A stretch of DNA of 64,000 bases from contig BAAIJX010000009.1 in assembly GCA_054600435.1 (NCBI GenBank), forward strand, positions 558,001 through 622,000. The letters run 5' to 3'. This DNA is from Neophaeotheca triangularis (Eukaryota). The translations under genes and the position numbers were made by a program. Positions within the stretch are counted from its first letter, which is position 1; each line of letters starts with the position of its first letter. The notes under the pieces were generated by a model, which was not told the DNA's origin, did not search any database, and saw nothing but the letters and a program-made list of their open reading frames with translations. Shown in pieces: positions 37,345 to 46,933 of this stretch.

Positions 37345-37845
37345 CCTCAATCAACTCTCGCTCAACACCTTACCTACACACTCCTAACAACTACTCCCCT
37401 GCGGCTCAACGCCATCCATACCTGCCCTCGACTCCGAAACTCCCCGCAAAACGCTCCGAGTGCCTAAACCAGCCGACAAGCAAACAACACCCCTAACCCG
37501 AAAGAATCTTCGACGTCACGGCAGCTCCCACCCTTTCCAGAACAGAGACAACCGATGGCAGAAAAACTCCGACGCGAGAGCCGGCCCTCCGTGCCCGAGA
37601 GAACCAAATCCGTGCCTGCCCTCCAGTCTCATTCTTCAGGCGGGATGGACGACGGCTTCGTTCGGTTTCGTCGCGCTCGGAGATCAACAGGGTAGACTGT
37701 GCTAGTTGTGTGGTGTTGCTAGCTGACGGGGCACGATCTGTCTTTTGGGGGGGTTTGTGGAAACGCCGGGGGTAGAGCTGACGTTGAGGGTGGGGAGTAG
37801 ATGTATCGGTGGCGTAGGTTGTTGAGGTTGTCGTGTTTGATTGTG
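37345..37845. other. Non-coding long imperfect inverted repeat / candidate structured RNA
   Basis: Nested complementary blocks: 37348-37354/37837-37843, 37361-37367/37820-37826, 37391-37399/37792-37800, 37405-37411/37782-37788, 37460-37464/37730-37734 and 37567-37577/37671-37682. Confidence 0.55.
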
Positions 37846-38317
37846 GTTTGTGTGGCTTACTTTTAGTTTCGAGTTTCGAGATTGTGGATTGGAAAGGAAT
37901 GGAATGGATGCCTGACAGTCGAGAAATGGCGAGATGCTGGCTTTACAGATTTATGTGAGAGACTTAGTGAGGACAGGAGACCTGGTGAGTCTGAAGATGG
38001 CCCTTGATGAGGCTTGATCGATATTACACGACGTCTCATCGGCCAGCACCTCTAGTGACAACGGATAGGTGCAGAGGAGGATGAACTCATTGCCTTCGAG
38101 GCGAATCTTCTTTCTTCGATGTGTGTATAGTGACTGTGGACTACGCCACACAAGTGGCAATTCGTCGGTCTTCTGCGTTTCTGCAGAGCCTCATAACTCG
38201 GCTTGACAAGAATCGAAATCCACACTTGTTCCCATCATGCAAGAGACCAAAGTCACCTAGTAACCGTCACAGTGAATATCACCACCCACCACTCCCTTTA
38301 GCCATAGCAGCTTCCCC

Positions 38318-40447
38318 TCACAAGTCCAAAAGCTCCTCAGCAAAAGCATCCAATTCAACAATTCGGAATCTCTCCCCCCACTTCCGTCTAAACGCCTCAT
38401 TCTTATACATGCCGTTAACATTCCCGCTCCACGTGACTAACTCGACCGACCAGCCCTTGATCAGAGCGCGCTCGGCCATGGCCATGAAACCATCCGAATA
38501 CTCAGCCTGCGCAGCATCGCCCGTTGCCAGAACCATCGTCGCGGGTTTCTCCACGTCGATGATGCTCTGCAGCATTTGCAAGTGCAGCATTTCGTCCACG
38601 CCTTGCTCGACCCATTTGGCCTTGGCGTATTGCGGACCTGGCGTGGCGGTGGCTGTGGCGGGGGTCGTTTCTGGCCCGCTGCCGTAGCCACCACCACTGC
38701 CGGAGGAGGGAGTAGGATATTTCGATTTCGCGAAATTCTTGCGAGCGGTCCGGCGCAATTGCTCTTGCTCGTTGAACCATATTTGGCGCGGGGTAAGCTC
38801 TTTGGCTTTCCAGACTTTGTCGAGAAGATGGCATTGGTAGCCGACTTCTTCGGCGCGGTCAAACGCCGTGGTGCGGGGGAGGGAGCCGGCCAGGTAGCGT
38901 TTCGCGACTGGGCGACGGCGTTCCATAAGCAAGGCGAGCGCGTCGAAGGAGATGTCCGCCGGCTCGACGTGCACCCATGCGGGGATGTTACGTAGCTTTT
39001 TCAGCTGCTCGGTGAAGCCTATGAAGATATTACTGGCGTCGACGAAGACGTGAATGCCTTCGGGGCTGTTGTTGTGGGTTGTTAGGTTCATGGGGTTGAA
39101 GAGGTATTTCTTGTCGGCGGGGAAGTGTTCAACTAGGTCCATCAGCAGCTGTTGATGTCTGTCTTCTGCCAGCCGGGCGCGCTGAGGTCCGATCTTCGGC
39201 CTCGGAGTCCGTGAAGGCGTTGCCTGGTAGTTGGACTGGCTCTGAGGTTGCTGAGGCGTGATCTGCTGGGTTGGCTGTGGAGTGCAAGGCGTGTGCGGGG
39301 CCTGCTGCTTCACTCGCTGAACCGAAGATGGCATTGCTGGTGCGGGTGAAACTTGTTTCTCGATCAATCTCTCGGGCGGAGGTGATTGCTGATCTCTCTC
39401 AAGAATCTCGGACTGCTGGGCGATGATGTCGTGCAAAGACTCTGAAGAAGTCGCCTGTTGGCGAACCTGTTTAGAAGGAAAAGATGCCGTCGAATTAGAT
39501 TGCGGCTGAACAGTGAAAGGAAGCAAATTCGGTTTGGAGGTAGCGACAGCTTTAACGTTACCACGTTGTTTCAGAGCCTGATGCGTTGGTGTAGGTGTGG
39601 AAGGAAGCTCGCGGTGTGCGGTGCTCTGAACAGGTTGTGGCGATGTGTTTTGACTTGCCAGAGCGTCTTTCTGAAGCCGCGTGGCATGGTTAACTGCTGC
39701 AACGGCCTTGGAGATGGAATTCATATCATTATGCTCCACCGTTCGCGGGTTAAGTCGTTTGGCGGAGACGTTGGCCTGCGGTGTTACCTGCCTCTTAGGT
39801 TCAGGCGTAGCTGGCCTGTTCTCGATGACCTTGGACTTGACCTCCGGCACAGCATCTTTCGCCTCGGCAGGTTCAAGAGCCTTGCGCTCTTTTCTTCGCT
39901 GCTTCTTGCGTTGCGTCTTGGTCAACTTTTTAGTGACCCCTTGCGAAGTGTCGTTGGCGGTATCATCGGCAGTGAGATCATCGCCGCTGTCACCTGAGGA
40001 GAACGGGGCTCGGTGGCTGTCATGTGGCGAGTCACTAGCACCTTGTTTTGTATCATATTCTACCTCGGCCCCGGTCGTGGCCAGCGTGGGACCAGTGTAT
40101 AGGGCCCCCAAAGACTGTGGCTGTACCCGTGGCGATGGGGAAGGCTGGGGCGTTCCTAGAAAACTGTAAAGGCGCGAGAAGTCCCCCAAGCCTGTGGGCG
40201 CCCTATCAGACTTGGCACCAAGGCTGGCGCTCAGATCTCGGAAGACGCTGTCGCGATCGGCATCTGGAATGACCTTGGGTGTTGAGGAGACTTTACTCGT
40301 TGCTGAGAAAACGTCATCAAGACGAGACGTGTGGTAAGTGAGGTCCCATGGCTTGCCACGGGATTGTGGTGCAGGCGATAGACTGGAGAGCTCCTGATTG
40401 AAGGAGGTGAAATCCCACAGCCGGTCCTGGGATCGCTGCGATGTCAT
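38318..40447 (-). CDS. NYN/LabA-DUF88 PIN-fold ribonuclease-like protein with long disordered N-terminus
   Basis: C-terminal GIHVFVDASNIFIG...EQGVDEMLHL...MVLATGD...GWSVELVTW has the acidic PIN/NYN motif pattern. There is a basic NLS-like tract (QRKKQRRKERK). Confidence 0.85.
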   Translation of the reverse strand: MTSQRSQDRLWDFTSFNQELSSLSPAPQSRGKPWDLTYHTSRLDDVFSATSKVSSTPKVIPDADRDSVFRDLSASLGAKSDRAPTGLGDFSRLYSFLGTPQPSPSPRVQPQSLGALYTGPTLATTGAEVEYDTKQGASDSPHDSHRAPFSSGDSGDDLTADDTANDTSQGVTKKLTKTQRKKQRRKERKALEPAEAKDAVPEVKSKVIENRPATPEPKRQVTPQANVSAKRLNPRTVEHNDMNSISKAVAAVNHATRLQKDALASQNTSPQPVQSTAHRELPSTPTPTHQALKQRGNVKAVATSKPNLLPFTVQPQSNSTASFPSKQVRQQATSSESLHDIIAQQSEILERDQQSPPPERLIEKQVSPAPAMPSSVQRVKQQAPHTPCTPQPTQQITPQQPQSQSNYQATPSRTPRPKIGPQRARLAEDRHQQLLMDLVEHFPADKKYLFNPMNLTTHNNSPEGIHVFVDASNIFIGFTEQLKKLRNIPAWVHVEPADISFDALALLMERRRPVAKRYLAGSLPRTTAFDRAEEVGYQCHLLDKVWKAKELTPRQIWFNEQEQLRRTARKNFAKSKYPTPSSGSGGGYGSGPETTPATATATPGPQYAKAKWVEQGVDEMLHLQMLQSIIDVEKPATMVLATGDAAQAEYSDGFMAMAERALIKGWSVELVTWSGNVNGMYKNEAFRRKWGERFRIVELDAFAEELLDL

Positions 40448-41217
40448 GCAAGGCTAATAGCGTGCTGTCTTGCACGAGCGAAGAGTCGCGGTCAAGAGTG
40501 GATGAGGTGCGGAGTGGCGACAGCAAAAGGCCAGAGGAGCTTTGCTCGGTGGCGTAGGTGTTATCCGAAGGCGGTGTCGGCGTCACAATGGATGATATAA
40601 ATGTAGCCAGCGAGCAGCCCTACAGGCATTGGCGGGGTCGAAGTCTTTGTTGTTGTTGTCGTACCAGAAGAGGAGAGAAGATGAACTTGAAGGGAGTAGT
40701 CGTGGTATTGGAAGGTTAAGGGTAGGTAAGGTAGCTAAGGTATTGAGGCGGCGTCGGCTGATGGAGTCATCAAATCAACGACAGACAGGGTCCAGCGTCC
40801 AGCGGAGCTCGGGCGATTTTCGCCACCCACGACGACCGACGACCACAAGCAGCATGCAGCGACTCGGCGACTCCTCCGCCTACTAGTAGTACCTCCTACC
40901 TCCTGTCTCTCCTATGTTCCTTTGCACAGGGATGAGATACCGTCCATCTTTCGCATGCGATATTCGATATAGATATAATCCGACACCGCACACGCATGTC
41001 GGCACGCCGCAGACGCTTTCCAACAACGGTGAGTTGAGGAGGCAACTGAGTCACTGCTTTTCTTTCCCTACTTGAAGCTGCGCCGTTTACCCCCTACAAT
41101 CAAGCAAGAAGACCTCCCCACGTACTTTCGTCGCATCTTTCCTTCTTCTTCTTCTTCTCCCTACCATTCTAGTCAACACTTCAAGAACCTCCTCTTTCTC
41201 CTTTGTCTCCCTCCAAA

Positions 41218-44200
41218 ATGGTACATCGGGCCATGCAATCGCAGCACTCTCGCCTCGACATGACCTACATAGCCATGGCAAGCAATATCGACAACAGCAC
41301 CCTCCGTAACAGCCACCCCAAAGACATTGCAGTCTACTTGGGCACTACCTTGGCCAGCACAGAAACCAAGACCGTTTCCGAGCATCTCATCGCTTCTGTC
41401 GCTTGCGGTGCCATCTCTCCTCGTGTCTTTCTCATATGGCTCTCCGTACGCAAGGACCCTCTCGCCCTGGCACAGGCACTGCAACAGGATGTGTCAATCG
41501 CTGCCCGTAGCCATGCTATGCGCATCTTCGCAAAACGTTTACGTGGCGCCAAATTCACCGAGACATGGCAAGCTGTAGGAGGCACTGAAGGAATGTTGGA
41601 GCTCTTTGCCAAATTGTCACTCGCCGATGTGCGTTACTTTTGCAAAAAAATGGGAGGTTGCTATTCAGCTCCAAACCCCGAGGATACGCTATGGCAAGTC
41701 ATGACAGAATTCACTTCGTCACTGGCGTACAAGTACTTTCCTGGAGCCAAACATCAACATCGAGACAGAAGACCGCTTCTCAAATACTACGCCCACTTGC
41801 TACCAGCCTGTACCGCAAGCTTTCTGAAAGAGTGGATTGATCGCTTTGGATTTCCCAGTCAGGCTTCCAAGAAACTGCTGCTGTCGCACTGGCTGTATTT
41901 TCAACTCTCTTTCCACGGACTTTCGCACCATGATGCGAACGAGAAAATTCCCCCCTCGGACGGCGCCAAAATCCTGGACCCACTGCTCCATTCCACGCCG
42001 CCTTTGCCAACCGAGAAGCGCTATCTGTCCAAGAGTATGGAGTTTGCCATGGAACGCATCGAGGCCGCCAGCTCCGAGGTCGACGTTGAGGACGAGGAAC
42101 GATCCTCTCGTGTGGTACCACTCGAATTTAAATCTCATTTTGCCGAACCATTACTCCACCGTGCAATTAGACGAAAGGCACCAACAGCGGTGAAGTGCCA
42201 CATGTTGGAGTTTATCATTCGGTATTTGGAAGCAAGACCACATTTTGCAAAGACGTTTGGGTTAAGGAATGATTCCCTGCTCAAAATTACCATCAAGCTC
42301 TGGTCAAGGCGTTCTGAGGTTTACGGCGAGTTGCTTGTCAGGCTTCTGCAAATCTTTCAAAAAGATGATATTGACGGGCTTTCTCGAACCTTCAGCGTTC
42401 TGGAGCTTGCAAGACCAGCGCTTCGTTACGAGCTTCTGAGCATGATCTGCAGACATGTCAAGTTTCTCGACTTGGACATCGAGAACGATGCAGAGGTTAA
42501 GCAATCAAAAGCAGAGATCTGGGATGCTTCAATTTTTGAGTCTCTTCCCCCAGAGCAGGCTTTGCCTTTGTTGAGACGCTTCATGCGAATCCGGCCTCAG
42601 TGCGACTTCCTCGGCTCGTCTTCAGATTCGACTGATTTGTATCTCAGGGTCAGCAGAGGCGAAGAAGGCCATAAGGACCTTTCCAAGCAGAAGATCAAAA
42701 AGCGCAAAGACACAGCCGTCAAGGCTCGCGATCAAAAGTTACGCGCCGTCGGGGCAAAGCAATCGATCCACACAGCCGCAGCTTCGGGGTACCCGGACTT
42801 GTTAGCGGAGACACTGCTCTGGGCCAGAAGGTTCAACCGAGATTCCTGGACGTTGCAAGGGATCTATTCTCATTCCATTATCAGTCACGACAGCGTTGTT
42901 GAAGTGCTTTGCGGTATTCCGGAGAGATGCGACCCAGAGGCCACGCCCCAGAGTATCAGTGAGGCCATTGTCGCGGGCAATGAGACGATCAAATTGTTGT
43001 ACGAAACCATGCGTTTGTGCCAATCAGAGCCTTCCTTTGCCCTGGAACATTGGTACGGGGTTCAAGAACTACTCGGGACTACCATTCACAAGCGTGAGCT
43101 GAGGATATCGAAGATGCAGGCGAGTCTGGCTCTCACCGATGAAGAGACATATGATATCGTGTGGAGACCGACACTGGAGACGTGGATGGAGCTCGAGGCG
43201 ATGGTCTTGAGAGTAGAGAATGAGAAGCTGTATCAAGCCGTCCCACAGGGCATTGTCGACATTCTAAATGTCGGCCCTTGCATACCCGCCACTCTCCGCT
43301 TCATCGACAAAGTAGCTCGCTGCCGTGATGAGCTTTGGAGGTCTTACCGGAGATCCCTGTACCCGGCTGTCGTCAGTCTCAATGAACCTTGGCCGAAGGG
43401 CCTCCCGTTGCAGGCGCTTCATCCGTTTTGCCATCAAGGGAAACGTTATGATATGGATATGATTGCAACACCTTACTGTCTCGAGCAAGCAACGCGGGTC
43501 GTTTTCATGCCCCGGGAAACGGCAGCGGCCTCATTGCCCACAGACGAGGAGACAAGAAAGGCAATCGGTTGCGTAGTTGATGATTTCAAGATGGCTCTGA
43601 AGGTCTACTGTACCGGCCTGGACGACAAACCCACGGCTCGATTGCGGAGGACGCAGGCGGCATGGGATCATGCGTTGTCGCAGCTGACGGGCGATCGAAT
43701 GCACCGACATGAGGCCGTACACTTTTGGAAAAACGCATTCAAAGAGGCCAATGTCGACATCAAGAATATCGATCTTTACTTGCCAAAAAGGCCTCGACCG
43801 GCGTTGCCCACCATAGAGGATGCCGACGAGCGTATCGAGTGGAACCCGGAACCTGATCATCCTCTCCAATTGCCAACTCGTAATCTCGAAACTGTCACGA
43901 TCGATTGCTTTCTAGAGAGAGGGCGCACGGATGACTTGACGCCATTGGCCGAACACGATTTCGATGACAGTCCGATGATAACGACCGCGGGTGCGCCACG
44001 TAAGAGCTTCTGGGAACCCGAACCAAAGGATGGCCCCGCCGTTTGCGAAGCCTTGATAGCCAGCGGCATGCTCTATCTTGCGTCCAAGAAAGCACAAGGC
44101 TCAAGTCTCTTCTCGAAGCCGTTCCCTTCACAGGATGAGGTCAGATTTCCTGCCATGTTTCTAGACGACGCCTTTCTACAGCAACGCGACTCTGAAGAGA

Positions 44201-46230
44201 AACGGGCCTTTCGCTATCTGAAAGAGAGGCTAGTCGATGTCCCTCCAAAGCTGCTGGCAGAGCTAGTCCAGGCGCTTTTTCAACCCCTCTCCGACAAGGG
44301 CACAGCCGTATCATCTGATCACACGCCATTCTTGTTGCTCAAGCTGTTAGCAACATCCGATCGTCCAGAAATGGCATGCAAATTCATCCAACACTTGGTG
44401 GTCGACCGACCGAAGGATAGCTCCTGGCATCGGCAATTCCTAAACTCGGGCTTCTTCACAAAACTGTCTGCCGACCAGGCTCAGGAGTTCTTGCACGGCA
44501 TTGTGGACGTGTTACAGGACCGTCTCAAGGCGTCTGCTGATCGAGACAAGGCGATGAAGGGGGGTGAAATTGCTTCGACATCTAGCGAGCCTGTTGTTAA
44601 AACCACCACGGTTAAGATGCTGGCACAGATTATGCGGCACGCCGACTTCTTCGACCAGCACGCTAATGTCAGCTTGCTTGGGGGACTCTTTGTTCACAGT
44701 AGCCACATCGATATTCAAGTTGCTGTTGCAGAGAGTCTGTTGAGCACGCTGGCTAAGACCGATGATGCCGAGCTGATGGAGAGGATCTTTGTCGAGTTGG
44801 AGCAACATGCGGTGCCCGTTGCTGGCCGACTGGACGAGCGGGTTGAGCTCACGGAGCAAGATTGGCAAGACGCAGAGACTAGCATGCAATTACCAGACAT
44901 TGGCGAGACATATTGCGAACGCGGAATGGATGAACGGCCTATGATGCTCCTCCTCAGAAAAGCGAAATTGCAAGAACAGGACATGCAACAGAAATACGAC
45001 CGTCTAATAGTCCCCGCAATCGAGGCTTCCACGCACGACATGATGCGTTACCTGGCTATTTTCCTACGCAAACAGGCACCGCATGTCTCCATCGATTCCC
45101 TCCCCAGGACCCCCACGCGCCCTACCTTCCTGCCTGAGATCATCCAGTCAGGCATCGCTTATCTACCCTCTCACATACTAAACACCCACGCCACCCTTCT
45201 CAACATCTACCTCTCCCCACCACCCGCTCTAGCAAGCCTCACCGCGCAGATAAAAAACAACCACGGACTCAAAACCTCTCCCGGCGGCGCAACCTGGCTG
45301 CTCTTCTACAACACCCTGGACAACCCAACCTTGATGACCAACGACCCCTTCCATCTGAACAAATACCTCACCCACCCCTTCACCTCCAAACGCCACGACA
45401 ACAACGGCATAACCCACACCCAAATCGCAACCCACGCCTCGAACCAACTAAACCTCCTCCCAACCCTCCCAGGCAACACCCTCCCCCTCTGGACCACCTG
45501 GCTCAACACCCTCGCCCGCCGCCCCGGCCGCCCTGGATCCGAGCAAACCCTCTACTCAACCCACATCACGCCGCTCCTCCAAAAAACCATCCAAGAAGTC
45601 ACAACTCTCAGCACCTCGCCAAGCTACCACCAAACCCCGTCCCAAGACCGCGTCCCCCTCGTCCTCCCGGACCTCTTCAAAGCCCGCCTCTGGCTGCTCT
45701 CCTGGCCGGAATCCCCTCTAGAACCGGGCTGGGAAGAGCGCTGTCGCGTTTTCGCCGAGGAGATTAGGATCATCTTGGCTGGTTTGCTGGCCGGGAGGTA
45801 TGGGAGGCTTTGGTTGAGACATTTTGCGGCTTTGGTTGAGATGTTGAAGCGGCTCGAGAGTGCTATTTTGCCCGTCGTGGCTGTGGGGGTTGGGGCGCTG
45901 GAGGAGGTGGGAGTGGGTGGTGACGAAATGCTCAAGCTGGTCGAGAGAGAAGTTTTGCCGGTTGTGGTTGTTGGTGCGCGTACGGTTGCGGGTGCGGGTG
46001 AGGATGCGGGCTTGGGTTCGGGAAGCGTGAGTGGTGGTGGTGGAGGCGGGGAAGATTTGAATTTGACGGTTCTGAGAGTTGAGCTTGCTGCGGAGATGTT
46101 GGCGGGAGCGAAGTGGTTGAATTGGAGTTTGGAGGCGAGGTGCAAGGTTTGGGGAATGCAGGCGAGTTGGCGTCAGAGTCGGGTTGCGGAGATTAGGTTG
46201 CTGGGGTTTGAGAAAAGGGGGTCACCATGA
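41218..46230 (+). CDS. Large uncharacterised, probably alpha-helical protein (~1,670 aa)
   Basis: A 5-kb stop-free, intronless ORF with Leu-rich helical composition. The start ATG is uncertain (41218, 41233 or 41261). No catalytic motif recognised. Confidence 0.85.
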   Translation: MVHRAMQSQHSRLDMTYIAMASNIDNSTLRNSHPKDIAVYLGTTLASTETKTVSEHLIASVACGAISPRVFLIWLSVRKDPLALAQALQQDVSIAARSHAMRIFAKRLRGAKFTETWQAVGGTEGMLELFAKLSLADVRYFCKKMGGCYSAPNPEDTLWQVMTEFTSSLAYKYFPGAKHQHRDRRPLLKYYAHLLPACTASFLKEWIDRFGFPSQASKKLLLSHWLYFQLSFHGLSHHDANEKIPPSDGAKILDPLLHSTPPLPTEKRYLSKSMEFAMERIEAASSEVDVEDEERSSRVVPLEFKSHFAEPLLHRAIRRKAPTAVKCHMLEFIIRYLEARPHFAKTFGLRNDSLLKITIKLWSRRSEVYGELLVRLLQIFQKDDIDGLSRTFSVLELARPALRYELLSMICRHVKFLDLDIENDAEVKQSKAEIWDASIFESLPPEQALPLLRRFMRIRPQCDFLGSSSDSTDLYLRVSRGEEGHKDLSKQKIKKRKDTAVKARDQKLRAVGAKQSIHTAAASGYPDLLAETLLWARRFNRDSWTLQGIYSHSIISHDSVVEVLCGIPERCDPEATPQSISEAIVAGNETIKLLYETMRLCQSEPSFALEHWYGVQELLGTTIHKRELRISKMQASLALTDEETYDIVWRPTLETWMELEAMVLRVENEKLYQAVPQGIVDILNVGPCIPATLRFIDKVARCRDELWRSYRRSLYPAVVSLNEPWPKGLPLQALHPFCHQGKRYDMDMIATPYCLEQATRVVFMPRETAAASLPTDEETRKAIGCVVDDFKMALKVYCTGLDDKPTARLRRTQAAWDHALSQLTGDRMHRHEAVHFWKNAFKEANVDIKNIDLYLPKRPRPALPTIEDADERIEWNPEPDHPLQLPTRNLETVTIDCFLERGRTDDLTPLAEHDFDDSPMITTAGAPRKSFWEPEPKDGPAVCEALIASGMLYLASKKAQGSSLFSKPFPSQDEVRFPAMFLDDAFLQQRDSEEKRAFRYLKERLVDVPPKLLAELVQALFQPLSDKGTAVSSDHTPFLLLKLLATSDRPEMACKFIQHLVVDRPKDSSWHRQFLNSGFFTKLSADQAQEFLHGIVDVLQDRLKASADRDKAMKGGEIASTSSEPVVKTTTVKMLAQIMRHADFFDQHANVSLLGGLFVHSSHIDIQVAVAESLLSTLAKTDDAELMERIFVELEQHAVPVAGRLDERVELTEQDWQDAETSMQLPDIGETYCERGMDERPMMLLLRKAKLQEQDMQQKYDRLIVPAIEASTHDMMRYLAIFLRKQAPHVSIDSLPRTPTRPTFLPEIIQSGIAYLPSHILNTHATLLNIYLSPPPALASLTAQIKNNHGLKTSPGGATWLLFYNTLDNPTLMTNDPFHLNKYLTHPFTSKRHDNNGITHTQIATHASNQLNLLPTLPGNTLPLWTTWLNTLARRPGRPGSEQTLYSTHITPLLQKTIQEVTTLSTSPSYHQTPSQDRVPLVLPDLFKARLWLLSWPESPLEPGWEERCRVFAEEIRIILAGLLAGRYGRLWLRHFAALVEMLKRLESAILPVVAVGVGALEEVGVGGDEMLKLVEREVLPVVVVGARTVAGAGEDAGLGSGSVSGGGGGGEDLNLTVLRVELAAEMLAGAKWLNWSLEARCKVWGMQASWRQSRVAEIRLLGFEKRGSP

Positions 46231-46933
46231 TGGGATTGATGTGCCGTGTAATTTGCAAAAAGGTGAGCCCGCAAGAGGGGTTGGGAGGGTTCTTGTTGGA
46301 AATGGAAGCGGGATTTATTGAAGAGAGAAGATGATTGACAGATGTCAAAGACGAGCCTACCTAATACTCATTCAGTGCTGTTCGCTGTCTCGAACCCCAT
46401 TGTATGCGGAATGATGAGGTGTGACAAGGCAATTTATGCGACAGTTCTGGAGGAGTTGTGGTATTTGGTATCGAGGTCGGTGTCGGGGTGATGGTATCCA
46501 TTGTATTGATAGACTGGGTAGTTCTACTGCACATGCGTTCGGGTCACTAGTTTCATCTTTTGAAGGGAGAAGAAAAAAAAAAAAAAAAAGCGAAGCCTTG
46601 TCCTCTCCTTTGCTCGAATAGTTGGATCATTCATTTCAATAAACTTTAGCGGACGAGTTTCCAAGTCTCCAAGTCTCCAATATAAGAGAGGAATGACAGG
46701 AAGTTTTCGGTTTCGGTGAGCTCTGGATAGGTTCGAGCCTCGATAGTCTCAAGGCGCTGGAATCGATAGGTCTCAATATCAGGTGCGCATGAACGTCAGA
46801 AACACCAACAACAACGATAACACCAGCCCCCTCATCTACGATAATCGAACCGCCCCCGAACCACACGCACCACAAAACCAACATCACCCAAGCCCGTTAC
46901 CCCTATTCCCATCCCTCGCGCTCGTCGTGCCAC

